This document shows, in pieces, positions 29,202-39,129 of a stretch of 64,000 nucleotides of DNA. The position numbers were made by a program, and so were the translations under genes. The notes under the pieces are model-generated. The model saw only the letters and a list, made by a program, of their open reading frames with translations. It was not told where the DNA came from and ran no database searches. Origin of the DNA: Patescibacteria group bacterium UBA7435. Lineage in GTDB: Bacteria > Patescibacteriota > Minisyncoccia > Phycocordibacterales > UBA918. The stretch covers positions 19,942 to 83,941 of the forward strand of contig DLQJ01000007.1 in assembly GCA_002477545.1 (NCBI GenBank), given 5' to 3'. The stretch's first letter is position 1. Each line of letters opens with the position of its first letter.

Positions 29202-29516
29202 AAGCCAATTGTCTTATCTAACAATAAAGCGTCGTGAGAGTCACACAGGTCGTGAGACTTGTTACATTGCGGAGGCACCTAGATATTAAAGTTTACTTTC
29301 ATATCTTGGGACCGTAGCAATGTCAGAACTGTTCACAGTTCTGTATGACCGAACAAGCGCAGATTGTATGGCCTTGTGCCCTACAATAAACCCTCCTCAC
29401 AACCACTTCTGTATACCAAAGTGGTAATACAAACATCTCCCGAAGGAGACAACCGGACAATCATAGCATGATTCTCGGATTTATATGACTATACCATGTT
29501 TTCCTCTTTATGTCAA
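29202..29516 (-). promoter_or_regulatory. Promoter and long structured 5' leader of the transglycosylase
   Basis: TTGACA(29516)-17-TATAGT(29488); at least 6 hairpins including a cUUCGg tetraloop. Confidence 0.6.
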
Positions 29517-29664
29517 TGTATATAGCTTTCTTGCAATCAAAAAACGGCTCTACTACAATGTTTCATAGTACCTTTAGATCTTCACCGAGACTAAAAATCG
29601 TTGCAAATTACATAATATAGGCTATAGTGCTAAGTAGAAACAACAGATCATATGGGAGACGGAA

Positions 29665-30117
29665 ATGTATTTGTTAAGATGGAAAAAACCTTGGCATAAG
29701 CAAGCAGAATTGCGTACGATTACTATTGCAATGCGTTTACTTGAAGTCCTTAGACTTAGGTATAATTGCAATATAAATGAGACTGTATTAAGTGAAGTTA
29801 TTTTTGAAAAACATACAAAAACAGATTTCTCTGTTATTTGTGTTTTTAATAACCCAAAACTTGATCATTTCAGGGTAAGAGTTTGTTTTATTAAAAAATC
29901 AGAGACCTATACCTCTACGGCCGGTGAAATAAGAGTAGGCATAGATAGCATTCTGTCACGCTCAGGATCATTCACAATTTCTGATACTAACGAAATAATT
30001 TTACTTCTTGACGGGATAAATCCTTTTGGTACAGCACAGGAATATACTTTAAGAACAAGCATTACAACCAGAACAGCGGCGGAAGTATATAATCTGAAAA
30101 CAAAAAAGCGTGCCTAG
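29665..30117 (+). CDS. Orphan hypothetical protein
   Basis: 150 aa; GGGAG SD; terminator at 30104-30129. Confidence 0.6.
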   Translation: MYLLRWKKPWHKQAELRTITIAMRLLEVLRLRYNCNINETVLSEVIFEKHTKTDFSVICVFNNPKLDHFRVRVCFIKKSETYTSTAGEIRVGIDSILSRSGSFTISDTNEIILLLDGINPFGTAQEYTLRTSITTRTAAEVYNLKTKKRA

Positions 30118-30145
30118 GCACGCTTTTTTATGTTCCAATGGTGTT

Positions 30146-30913
30146 CTATTCTGTTTTCTTGTTTGTCAGAGAATCCATCAAGTGAGTTGCAGACTCTACC
30201 GACCGTAAGATCTCAAGAGGAACCGCAAAGACAACCGTATTAGATTGGTCTGAGGAAAGGTCGTTCAAAGATTGCAGTGTACGCAAATGAAGCGCTCCTG
30301 TAGACCCTGAAAGCATCTTTGCAGCCTTTGCCATGTTCTCAGCAGCAGCTACTTCCCCTTCAGCCTTAATGATCACTGAACGTCGTTCACGCTCAGCCTC
30401 AGCTTGCTTACCGATAGTTCGCTCCATATCTTCAGGGAGGAAGAAATCTTTAAGCTCCACATTTTCTACCGTAATTCCCCACTCATCTGTCTCCTTGTCG
30501 ATAATAGTCTGGATACGTGCAGAAAGCTCATCTCTCTGCGAAAGCACCTCATCAAGCTCAGCACCTCCCACAATGTTACGCATAGTCGTTTGTGCAAGTT
30601 GTGAGACTGCATGTCGGAAGTCTTCTACTTCAAGAATAGCGCGCGACGCATCAGATACCTTGTAGTAAATTACTGCATTAATACTTGCAGACACATTGTC
30701 TTTAGTGATCACCTTCTGATCAGGCACATCTACCGCCTTCACCCGCATATCCACCTTCTGCATTTTCTGAAAAATAGGCACCAAGATGCTCCACCCAGGC
30801 TGTCGAATACCCGTAAATTTACCCATAGTAAGCACTACCCCACGTTCATACTGCTTGACCTCCCGCAAAAACGAGAGAACCACAACCGCTGCCCCAAATA
30901 GAATCCATCCCAT
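30146..30913 (-). CDS. SPFH/stomatin (slipin) family protein
   Basis: ERGVV, ITKDNV, LAQTTMRNIVG, QAEAERERR. Confidence 0.93.
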   Translation of the reverse strand: MGWILFGAAVVVLSFLREVKQYERGVVLTMGKFTGIRQPGWSILVPIFQKMQKVDMRVKAVDVPDQKVITKDNVSASINAVIYYKVSDASRAILEVEDFRHAVSQLAQTTMRNIVGGAELDEVLSQRDELSARIQTIIDKETDEWGITVENVELKDFFLPEDMERTIGKQAEAERERRSVIIKAEGEVAAAENMAKAAKMLSGSTGALHLRTLQSLNDLSSDQSNTVVFAVPLEILRSVESATHLMDSLTNKKTE

Positions 30914-30998
30914 AGTTTTATATAATTAATACAATAAAGTCCTCCCAGTATAGCAAAAATACAGAATTCACACTAAATATCGCAGATTATAAAATTTT

Positions 30999-31847
30999 TC
31001 AGACCTTCTGGTTGAGTAAGGCCATTGCGCCGTAAAGTCCACCCTGATCCGCCAAAGTCGCATCCAAAATAAGTGGTGTGGGGACCACATCATTCATAGC
31101 CTCATTTGTGTGTTTTATAATGTCATCAAGCAAAATGCGTGGATCTCCCACAATCATTGAACCACCAAGCACGATAGCATCTGGCGACCAATACAAAATT
31201 GAATTACGTAGCCCATGCCCTAGGTACATCGCGAGTTGATCCCATACCGCATCACTTTGTGGTATATCATACGGCTTTACACCCATTCGACGTTCTAAGG
31301 CAGTACCTGAAACAAGATTTTCAAGGGTAGGCTCAATATCTTCCCCTAGAATTGTATGGTCAATATCTAAAATTTGATGACCTGGTTCAAACCCATAACT
31401 GTAGTCATCAACAACACCTCCTTCAATTTTCGCTCCCCCAACGCCAGTACTAACGGTAAGATAAACGATTATATCGTGACCAATACCTGCACCAAAAACA
31501 GCCTCGCCTAAACCAACCATTGCTGCATCATTTTCTAAATATACTTTGGCGCCAAGACCTTTTTCAAGCACCTCGGCCAAAGGTTCATCCTCCCAAGTAG
31601 ACAAAGCCATACCTGGATCCCGAATGATCCCCGTCTTTTCACCATTAAGGATGCCTCGCATACCGCCCGCCATTGCCTGTACCTTATTCCCTCCAATCAG
31701 TTTTTTTGCTTCTTCTATAATTTTTTTAGTACCTGCAGAAAAATCCTTAGGCGTATCAAATTTCACAGAATCAGAAATAGTCTTCAAATCCTCTGAAACT
31801 GCAACGCGTGTTTTAGTACCACCAATATCGAAAAGAACGTAACTCAT
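30999..31847 (-). CDS. ROK family sugar kinase
   Basis: DIGGTK, ENDA...GEA, STGVGG, EPGH. Confidence 0.9.
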   Translation of the reverse strand: MSYVLFDIGGTKTRVAVSEDLKTISDSVKFDTPKDFSAGTKKIIEEAKKLIGGNKVQAMAGGMRGILNGEKTGIIRDPGMALSTWEDEPLAEVLEKGLGAKVYLENDAAMVGLGEAVFGAGIGHDIIVYLTVSTGVGGAKIEGGVVDDYSYGFEPGHQILDIDHTILGEDIEPTLENLVSGTALERRMGVKPYDIPQSDAVWDQLAMYLGHGLRNSILYWSPDAIVLGGSMIVGDPRILLDDIIKHTNEAMNDVVPTPLILDATLADQGGLYGAMALLNQKV

Positions 31848-31888
31848 ATGTATGTGTATTGTATCAGGTAAAATTATTTGTTTTTCAG

Positions 31889-32824
31889 CTACTCCACTAT
31901 CGCTTTTAAATCCTGTCCAAAAATCTTTGACGCAGTCTGAACGTATTGCTCGATTGACTGCTTGAAGTATGGTGGATGTGCAGCTTGGATCTTTCCTACC
32001 ACAAAGTAGCTAATGGCGATAAACGCCCCGTAATCAACATTCTTCGGTAATGAAACCTGTAATCTATTCTTAGGGAGTCCGTAATATTCATTTTCTACTC
32101 CGAAACTAATAAACAGTTCATCGCCTGAGGGTACCACTGTCTTTGCATGCTTTACTTCTTCATCAGTAAACACACGACCTGTGATCTGTGGCCCAAACAA
32201 TTCATCAAACTTGGTGCGCAGCATGGAGCGAGCGTGTTCAAAATGTGATGGAATGAGGATGGCATACGCACTGTAGTCACCAAAATTACGAAGCAATTTT
32301 GGTGATACTTCCTCCAAAATAAATGCAGTAATTTCTTCAGCGTTCTCCCCTGTCTTTCCCAAAATCGGACTCAAGTATGTTGAAGTGTTGTAAGTGTACG
32401 GTTCACGATTCTTTGGGAACACATGGACGCAATCCACTGATACAGCTTCTGAAGCTGGTGCGTTTAGTGTGTTAGTAACCAAATGAACCTCCAGACCCTT
32501 TGCTTGCAGATCAGCGACCATCTCTATGGCATGCTTGCTACCAGAGGCACTAAATACAACCGCACCATCAATACCTGCTTCCTTTTCCAAGACCGAATAA
32601 TACGAAGACTCATCGGCAAACAAAGCTGATTGTTCTGAAAAGACAATTTGTGCAGTGAGGTACGCGTTACCACTACCGAGCACCAACGGTTTCTTCATAT
32701 GAGAAAAATTAAGCTTCGGTAATTCAGCTTCCGCAAAAAGCTCAAGTGCACCAAGTACAACCACATCAAGATCTGGTAATGAATCGATTGTAAATTGTGC
32801 CAATGTGTCTTGGTGTATACCCAT
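31889..32824 (-). CDS. SIS-domain protein (possible sugar-phosphate isomerase)
   Basis: LGSGNA, FSASGS, LVTN, EEVKHA; adjacent to the ROK kinase. Confidence 0.55.
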   Translation of the reverse strand: MGIHQDTLAQFTIDSLPDLDVVVLGALELFAEAELPKLNFSHMKKPLVLGSGNAYLTAQIVFSEQSALFADESSYYSVLEKEAGIDGAVVFSASGSKHAIEMVADLQAKGLEVHLVTNTLNAPASEAVSVDCVHVFPKNREPYTYNTSTYLSPILGKTGENAEEITAFILEEVSPKLLRNFGDYSAYAILIPSHFEHARSMLRTKFDELFGPQITGRVFTDEEVKHAKTVVPSGDELFISFGVENEYYGLPKNRLQVSLPKNVDYGAFIAISYFVVGKIQAAHPPYFKQSIEQYVQTASKIFGQDLKAIVE

Positions 32825-32826
32825 GA

Positions 32827-33567
32827 CTATAGTTGCTTAGTTTTCTTTCCGCTGGTTGCTTTCACAACGTACTTGTACGCCTCATCAACAGAATCAACTA
32901 CTTGAAACAAGTCCATGTCCTCTTTGCTGATTGTCTTGTACTCCTTAAGTAGTGTCTTCTTAAATACAGAAACCATTGGTCCCCAGAAATCCGCTCCGTA
33001 TAACACAATAGGAATACGCTCAATTTTCTTCGTTTGGATAAGGGTAAGCATTTCAAAGAGCTCATCCATCGTTCCAAACCCTCCTGGGAAGTAGATATAC
33101 GCTTCGGACGCGAACGCGAGCATCACCTTTCGAGAGAAGAAGAAGTCAAAATCAAGAGACTCAGTAGTGTACGGGTTTAATTTTTGCTCAAATGGAAGTT
33201 GGATATTTAGTCCAACAGACTGCCCTCCAACTTTAAACGCACCGACATTACCTGCTTCCATAATTCCCGGACCTCCTCCAGTAATTACCGTAAAATTTTT
33301 CTTAGCCAACTTCGCAGCCAATGCTTCAGCAGCTTTGTAGTATGGGTCACCTGGATTGGTTCGTGCACTTCCGTAAATACTTACCGCTAACCCTTGCTTC
33401 CGTAAAAGTTCGAATCCCATCACAAACTCCGACATAATTCGAAACACACGCCATGATTCAATAGCATCTCCGTTAGTATCCAGTAATTCAGTGACAATAC
33501 GACAGTTCTCAACCGTATCACCCTTCTTAGCTTTTGAAGCTTTCCCTCCCAAAATTTTACGTACCAT
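32827..33567 (-). CDS. LOG family (TIGR00730) nucleotide phosphoribohydrolase
   Basis: GSART, TGGGPGIMEA, RKVML, PGGFGTMDE. Confidence 0.92.
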   Translation of the reverse strand: MVRKILGGKASKAKKGDTVENCRIVTELLDTNGDAIESWRVFRIMSEFVMGFELLRKQGLAVSIYGSARTNPGDPYYKAAEALAAKLAKKNFTVITGGGPGIMEAGNVGAFKVGGQSVGLNIQLPFEQKLNPYTTESLDFDFFFSRKVMLAFASEAYIYFPGGFGTMDELFEMLTLIQTKKIERIPIVLYGADFWGPMVSVFKKTLLKEYKTISKEDMDLFQVVDSVDEAYKYVVKATSGKKTKQL

Positions 33568-33635
33568 ATGCATACAGTTTATCATGGGTGTAAAATCAAA
33601 AGCATAGTTGCTCCCAGGTACGGTATACTGAAATC

Positions 33636-33980
33636 ATGATAAAACGGCATCTTGGAAGATTTAAATATGCATTTTCTGGACTCTATTTTGCACTACGCAA
33701 TGACTTCAGTTATGCATCACAAGTGTATGGAGGTGCTTTAGTTATCGGTATATTCACCTACTTCGTTTCACCCAACCAAACCGAACTAATGTTCCTGACA
33801 CTAGCATGGGTACTTATCCTTATTACAGAAATACAAAACTCAGCGCTTGAAGAAGCACTCGATCATATGCATCCTGATTTGCATCACAAAATTGGTCGAT
33901 CAAAAGACATGGCTGCCGGTGCCGTGCTTACTGCAGGATTCTTCCTTATCTTTGTAATGGTTGTTATCACTTTTTTCTAA
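33636..33980 (+). CDS. dgkA: Diacylglycerol/undecaprenol kinase
   Basis: FKYAFSG, EIQNSALEEALD, SKDMAAGAV. Confidence 0.88.
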   Translation: MIKRHLGRFKYAFSGLYFALRNDFSYASQVYGGALVIGIFTYFVSPNQTELMFLTLAWVLILITEIQNSALEEALDHMHPDLHHKIGRSKDMAAGAVLTAGFFLIFVMVVITFF

Positions 33981-34567
33981 AACGGAATTTTGAACTTTTC
34001 AAATTCTGGCAGAAGTTTTTGACCATAGAGCAAACGAGAGGTCACCTCAGCGTGGCACAAGGCTCCTGTAAGTGCATTGTGCGGGTGTGGTTCTTCTGGT
34101 ATACCACAATACGTAAGCACCGCATCTAGGTCGAGGTTTGAACGATGTCGCTTCGGGTCAACTGGAGGTGTTAGTCCCCGCTTCACAATATGCATCCAAC
34201 ACAATGAGTGTGTATCAATGGTTCGATACGCTAAATCCCAATTAAGACCCGCTCTTTGTGCTGCTGCACGCAGAAAATCGCGATCAAAGGATATGTTCTG
34301 CCCTGTGAGTGTTCGATCAATAAACACTTTTGACCACTCGAGAAATTTTGCTGTAATCTCAGCTTCAGTCTGCTTATTCGTGTCAGTAATCTCAGCTTCA
34401 GTAAATCCATTGACCTCAAGGGCACCGTCCATTACATGCGCACCAGTCCATATCTGACACTCCTCATAAAAACGGTTATTCGGATTGTTAAAATCAATCG
34501 CCCCTATAGAGACAATGGAGTGCTTTTGGTAATTAACTCCTGATGCTTCAATATCTACAATTAACAT
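33977..34567 (-). CDS. DEDDh 3'-5' exonuclease
   Basis: VDIEASG, QNISFDRDFL, IDT, HNALTGA. Confidence 0.85.
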   Translation of the reverse strand: MLIVDIEASGVNYQKHSIVSIGAIDFNNPNNRFYEECQIWTGAHVMDGALEVNGFTEAEITDTNKQTEAEITAKFLEWSKVFIDRTLTGQNISFDRDFLRAAAQRAGLNWDLAYRTIDTHSLCWMHIVKRGLTPPVDPKRHRSNLDLDAVLTYCGIPEEPHPHNALTGALCHAEVTSRLLYGQKLLPEFEKFKIPF

Positions 34568-34606
34568 ACGTCTATGGTATCACGGACATTTTGATACAAT
34601 ACCTAC

Positions 34607-35272
34607 ATGACTGTTCACATTACTGAATCTTGGAAGGAAATTCTTGCTGACGAACTCAATACAAAGCATTTTAAAAAACTCTGGAACACTGTAGATAATG
34701 CTTATGCTTCTGATACGGTGATCTTTCCTCCCCAAGAACTTATATTCAATGCATTTAATCATTGTGCCTTCAATGAGATCAAAGTTGTCATCATCGGACA
34801 AGATCCCTATCATGGGCCCGGACAAGCACACGGGCTCTCATTCTCAGTACCTAACGGAATCTCAAATCCACCCTCATTACAAAACATTTTTAAAGAAGTG
34901 CACAAAGATGACGTCAGCAAGGTCCCTAAGTCCGGAAATCTTGAACGTTGGGCAGACCAAGGAGTCCTCATGCTAAACAGCACCCTTACTGTAGAAGCTG
35001 GCAAAGCAGGATCACACCAAGATCTAGGGTGGGAACAGTTTACTGATGCGGTAATCACCAAGATTTCACAAAATAAGGAACATATTGTGTTTCTACTCTG
35101 GGGTGCGTTTGCGCAGAGAAAAAATCTACTAATTGATGAAACGAAGCACTTAATACTCAAAGCACCGCACCCTTCCCCGCTTTCATCATATCGAGGTTTT
35201 TTTGGTTGTGATCATTTTAATAAAACAAATCAATATTTAGATAAACATAATTTGGGAACTGTTAAATGGTGA
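34607..35272 (+). CDS. ung: Uracil-DNA glycosylase family 1
   Basis: GQDPYH, GLSFS, HPSPLS. Confidence 0.97.
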   Translation: MTVHITESWKEILADELNTKHFKKLWNTVDNAYASDTVIFPPQELIFNAFNHCAFNEIKVVIIGQDPYHGPGQAHGLSFSVPNGISNPPSLQNIFKEVHKDDVSKVPKSGNLERWADQGVLMLNSTLTVEAGKAGSHQDLGWEQFTDAVITKISQNKEHIVFLLWGAFAQRKNLLIDETKHLILKAPHPSPLSSYRGFFGCDHFNKTNQYLDKHNLGTVKW

Positions 35273-35347
35273 GACAAAAATGCTTACTTTCTATAATACT
35301 GTTTCTAACTTCTTGTATTCCAATGTACGAATACATGATGCGCTACT

Positions 35348-35698
35348 TTAAAAATCGCAATTAACTGCAGGTGTATAACCTGATGCACGTGCTTCCTCTT
35401 GTGAAGCGAAATATATTTTGTTTTCTTCATTAATACGTTGAGCACCTGAACAATCCAACAGGTGGTACTTTGTTCCCTTTTTTGAGGCAACAAAGTTTTG
35501 TTCTGTTGACGATCCATAGGTTGCGATGGCGGCCTGCAGAGATAATACAACCCCTGGTTCGTTAGTTGTTGCCACTACTGGTTCAGTAACTGACAAGCGT
35601 CCCAATGCGAATGAAAGCATTCCTACCGTCAGCAACAATACAGTGTAAAAGTAAACGTCCTCCTCAAAAATACGTTTATATAGTTCTTGTATTTTCAT
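35348..35698 (-). CDS. Membrane-anchored protein with Ada-like metal-binding domain
   Basis: TM helix then FVASKKGTKYH..DC...I..ENKIYF.S.EEA..SGY.P..C. Confidence 0.75.
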   Translation of the reverse strand: MKIQELYKRIFEEDVYFYTVLLLTVGMLSFALGRLSVTEPVVATTNEPGVVLSLQAAIATYGSSTEQNFVASKKGTKYHLLDCSGAQRINEENKIYFASQEEARASGYTPAVNCDF

Positions 35699-35748
35699 AC
35701 GTTGCCATAAGTATAGGAAATTTAGTATGAGTAAAATCTAAAGAAAAA

Positions 35749-35771
35749 TGTGTAAGGGTAGCCCTTACACA
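35749..35771. repeat. REP-like palindrome (single copy)
   Basis: TGTGTAAGGG-TAG-CCCTTACACA; related copies at 46849-46912. Confidence 0.65.
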
Positions 35772-35854
35772 CATCTATACGCTCAAGAGCTTGAGTTTTT
35801 GCTCCATATCTTGTATACTCACTCCCGTTATTAATTCGATTATACCTATATTGT

Positions 35855-36133
35855 ATGTCAACTAAGAAAGCCGGCGGAACAGCCAAAAACCTGCGTGATT
35901 CGCAGCCAAAATATCTCGGTGTCAAAAGCGCTGATGGGCAGTCTGTAAAGACCGGCCAGATCATCGTTCGACAACGAGGTACTAAAGTCGAAGCAGGAAA
36001 AAACGTTAAAATTGGGAAAGATCACACTCTTTTCGCAGCATGCCCAGGAAAAGTTTCTTTCCGAAGTATGCGAAAGACCAGTTTCAGTGGCCACATCAAG
36101 GTCAAGAAGATGGTAGACGTTGTAACTGCGTAG
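35855..36133 (+). CDS. rpmA: 50S ribosomal protein L27
   Basis: [32 protein letters not shown]. Confidence 0.97.
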   Translation: MSTKKAGGTAKNLRDSQPKYLGVKSADGQSVKTGQIIVRQRGTKVEAGKNVKIGKDHTLFAACPGKVSFRSMRKTSFSGHIKVKKMVDVVTA

Positions 36134-36237
36134 AAAGACTCCATTGAAAAAGCGTACGGTATACCGTACGCTTTTTCATAAACAAAAACAAACGACCAAT
36201 GCGCTAAGCGCATTGGTCGTTTGTTTTGTACGTGCCT

Positions 36238-36951
36238 CTACCCTTCAGCCTTGATAGTCACAGACTCAACAATAACTGGCTCGATCGGGAGATCGCGTGG
36301 TCCAGTTTCTACCGTTGAAATAACATCAATAATATCCATTCCTGAAACAATACGTCCAAATACTGGATGCTTTGAGGTGAATGGTTGCTTATCAAAGTCT
36401 AACGCAAGGTTATCAACCGTGTTGATGAAGAATTGACTTCCTCCTGAATTTGGCTGTCCTGTATTTGCCATTGAGATTGACCCTCGTGTGTTTGTAAGTA
36501 ACTCACCTTCCACAAATTCATCTTGAATGGTGAACCCTGGCCCTCCAGTTCCATAGATAGAACTATCGTCTCCCTTAGAGTTAGGATCTCCCCCTTGGAT
36601 CATGAATCCATCAATAATTCGGTGGAACTTAATACCATCGTAGAATCCGTCTTCAATAAGCGTAATAAAGTTTCCTGTAGTAATAGGCATCTGGTCAGCG
36701 TAAAGCTCAAGCTCAAACGTTCCTTTACTAGTTGTAAATACTGCTACTGGGTTCATAGTGTTTGTTATAGCTAACTGTTCATTTTCCGCGAGTACCTCTG
36801 GTGATAATGGTGCTTCCAATTCGATGACTGAACCATCGTCATTCAGAAGCAGTGCAGGTGCCTGAGATTCACGTGACGTTAAGTACATGAGTCCTGCAAC
36901 TAATACCGCACATCCTACAAGTACCAATACAATTTGTTTGATATCTGCCAT
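36238..36951 (-). CDS. Membrane-anchored cyclophilin-type PPIase
   Basis: FHRIIDGFMIQGGD, SMAN, SGGSQFFIN, HPVFG. Confidence 0.93.
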   Translation of the reverse strand: MADIKQIVLVLVGCAVLVAGLMYLTSRESQAPALLLNDDGSVIELEAPLSPEVLAENEQLAITNTMNPVAVFTTSKGTFELELYADQMPITTGNFITLIEDGFYDGIKFHRIIDGFMIQGGDPNSKGDDSSIYGTGGPGFTIQDEFVEGELLTNTRGSISMANTGQPNSGGSQFFINTVDNLALDFDKQPFTSKHPVFGRIVSGMDIIDVISTVETGPRDLPIEPVIVESVTIKAEG

Positions 36952-36956
36952 AGACG

Positions 36957-37400
36957 TTATTTAGCAACTACTGATACTTTTACTGATGATTGTGTATCTC
37001 CTGATACTAATTCAATAGCATGTTCCCCGACCTCTTTAATTGGAGATTTGATAACAATCTGAGATTCAAGCACCTCTTTTCCTGTTGCAGTTTTAACTGC
37101 TTCAAGAATAGCATCAACTTTTAATGCCTGGAACATACGTCCCTCTTCGTTTGCTTCAGCTGCAATTTCTAGTGTTGTTTCTTTAATTGCCGCAAGCGCT
37201 TCTTGGAATACATTGTCAGACGCAGCTCGATCAGCTTCAGTTTTTGCTGATTGTGCATTAATTGCCTTAACGTTTTCTGGTGACGCTTGTTTAGCCATTC
37301 CTTGTGGAATCAGTTTGTTTAGTCCGTAGCCGCTTGGTACTTCAACGATATCGAATCGTCGTCCTACTTTCGCAACATCCTGTAGCAGAATTACTTTCAT
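36957..37400 (-). CDS. rplI: 50S ribosomal protein L9
   Basis: MKVILLQDV..VG..DIVEV.SGYG.N.LIP. Confidence 0.95.
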   Translation of the reverse strand: MKVILLQDVAKVGRRFDIVEVPSGYGLNKLIPQGMAKQASPENVKAINAQSAKTEADRAASDNVFQEALAAIKETTLEIAAEANEEGRMFQALKVDAILEAVKTATGKEVLESQIVIKSPIKEVGEHAIELVSGDTQSSVKVSVVAK

Positions 37401-37528
37401 GTTTAACTTTTTTACGTGTAAATTCGTGTCGTACTATAGCATTTAAAGCGATTTACTTCTAGATCATATGTGGTATATTTGACGTCTTACGTTCTTGTTG
37501 TACAAACCAGATCTGGAGAGACAACTTA

Positions 37529-37696
37529 ATGTCAGTAGCCTACATAAAAACCGAGAATAAATTTGCTAAAAAAATTTTGAAAATTGGCCCAAAGACATGG
37601 CGCTTCTATATCGGTAAAACACTTCACCATATAACTTTTTTCAGCGGTGTAAACTACACTTGGTCACGACCTATACGAAAAACTAGAAACTGCTGA
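37529..37696 (+). CDS. Small basic orphan ORF (55 aa), not in the ORF track
   Basis: GGAG SD; MSVAYIKTENKFAKK...; terminator at 37701-37731. Confidence 0.4.
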   Translation: MSVAYIKTENKFAKKILKIGPKTWRFYIGKTLHHITFFSGVNYTWSRPIRKTRNC

Positions 37697-37737
37697 TATT
37701 AAAAAGGCGCATCACCATGATGCGCCTTTTTCATTGT

Positions 37738-39054
37738 CTACTCAACTACTTCTATGATTTCTTCGTTTTCTTTCTCCCCGACAGTCTTGTCTCCATTGAG
37801 CCATTTCACTGCAGCTTCTATCTGTGGGTCCTCTCCTGCAATCACCTGCTGTGGTGTGCGGTCGATTTCAATATCAGGCGCAAGTCCCTCAAATGAAATT
37901 GACGTGCCATCTGGCGTAAACCATCGTGCGATAGTTACCTTCAGCGACGACCCATTTGGCAAGTCTACTAATTCTTGCACTGACCCTTTCCCAAAGGTTG
38001 TCTTTCCCATAAGCGTTGCGATACCGTGTTGTGCAAGAGCTCCAGCAAGAATTTCTGATGCTGATGCTGACCCTCCGTCAATCAATACGATCATTTCTTC
38101 AGGAGCATATTTTCCCAAGGACCGTCCTTGTGAACGATAGAGTTCTTCTTCTGATCCATCACCAAAGTCCTCACGTACCACCACCTCTCCTACTGGAACA
38201 AAGAATGAAGCGATAGACACAGCACTTTGCAAGAATCCTCCAGGGTTACCCCGTAAATCTAAAACAAGTTTCCGTGTCCCACTCTTTGTGTATTCTTGTA
38301 ATGCATCCTGTATTGCAGAGTCTGCAATAGCGTTAAAGCTGTAGAGTGAAATAATGAATACACCATCTCTTACTTCAGTATTAATGGTCGGAATAGTGAT
38401 ACTGTCTCGAATAACTGGAATTTCTAACAACTCAATCTCACCTTCACGATAGACCGACAGCACTACTTCAGTTCCCTTTTCTCCACGAATTAATTGAACT
38501 GCGTCATCAATTCCCATTCCTTCGGTTGAAGTACCATCAATTTTTACAATAATATCCGCAGCAACAATGCCTGCTTTCTGTGCCGGAGTATCAGGTAATG
38601 GTGCAATCACTGTCACAACCTCATCGCGGATACCTACCTCCATCCCCACGCCACTGAATTCTCCAGAAATATTTTCATCAAATGCTGCAGCATCTGTTGG
38701 TGGCAAGAATACAGTATAGGGATCACCATAACTCTTAACCAATCCAGAAATCGCACCTTCAATACGATCTTGATTGCTCATTAGATCAGTTGAGGTTGAT
38801 TCCACAAATTTTTCATCAAGCAAATGCCAAACACGCCAGAACTCAGCAAGGTCAACGTCTTCCGCTGGAGCTGGTGTTTTTGCGAAGAGTGAAAAGAGCC
38901 CCGCTTCAAGTGGTCCACTATTAGAACCGCCTGTGCCCATGTGTACCCCTGAAAAAAAGGCAGCTGCTGCCAAAATCAAAGCAAGCCCTACTCCTAAGAA
39001 GCTTCGCGTATGAGTCGACGAGGACCCTGCGTGCGATTCAGTGTTGTCATTCAT
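37738..39054 (-). CDS. Carboxyl-terminal processing protease (S41, PDZ)
   Basis: DPYT, GVG, DLRGNPGG, SASASEI, TFGKG; start at MNDNTES. Confidence 0.93.
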   Translation of the reverse strand: MNDNTESHAGSSSTHTRSFLGVGLALILAAAAFFSGVHMGTGGSNSGPLEAGLFSLFAKTPAPAEDVDLAEFWRVWHLLDEKFVESTSTDLMSNQDRIEGAISGLVKSYGDPYTVFLPPTDAAAFDENISGEFSGVGMEVGIRDEVVTVIAPLPDTPAQKAGIVAADIIVKIDGTSTEGMGIDDAVQLIRGEKGTEVVLSVYREGEIELLEIPVIRDSITIPTINTEVRDGVFIISLYSFNAIADSAIQDALQEYTKSGTRKLVLDLRGNPGGFLQSAVSIASFFVPVGEVVVREDFGDGSEEELYRSQGRSLGKYAPEEMIVLIDGGSASASEILAGALAQHGIATLMGKTTFGKGSVQELVDLPNGSSLKVTIARWFTPDGTSISFEGLAPDIEIDRTPQQVIAGEDPQIEAAVKWLNGDKTVGEKENEEIIEVVE

Positions 39055-39129
39055 AGAGCTATTATTACACACATATATGACATCGCAAAAAAGATGACGT
39101 GTTAAACTATATGCATAGAATTTGTTCCT

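Noticed and set aside
29030-29278. 82-aa minus-strand ORF as the true N-terminus of the transglycosylase via frameshift
   Set aside because: No slippery sequence seen, and the in-frame extension already gives a better signal-like segment.
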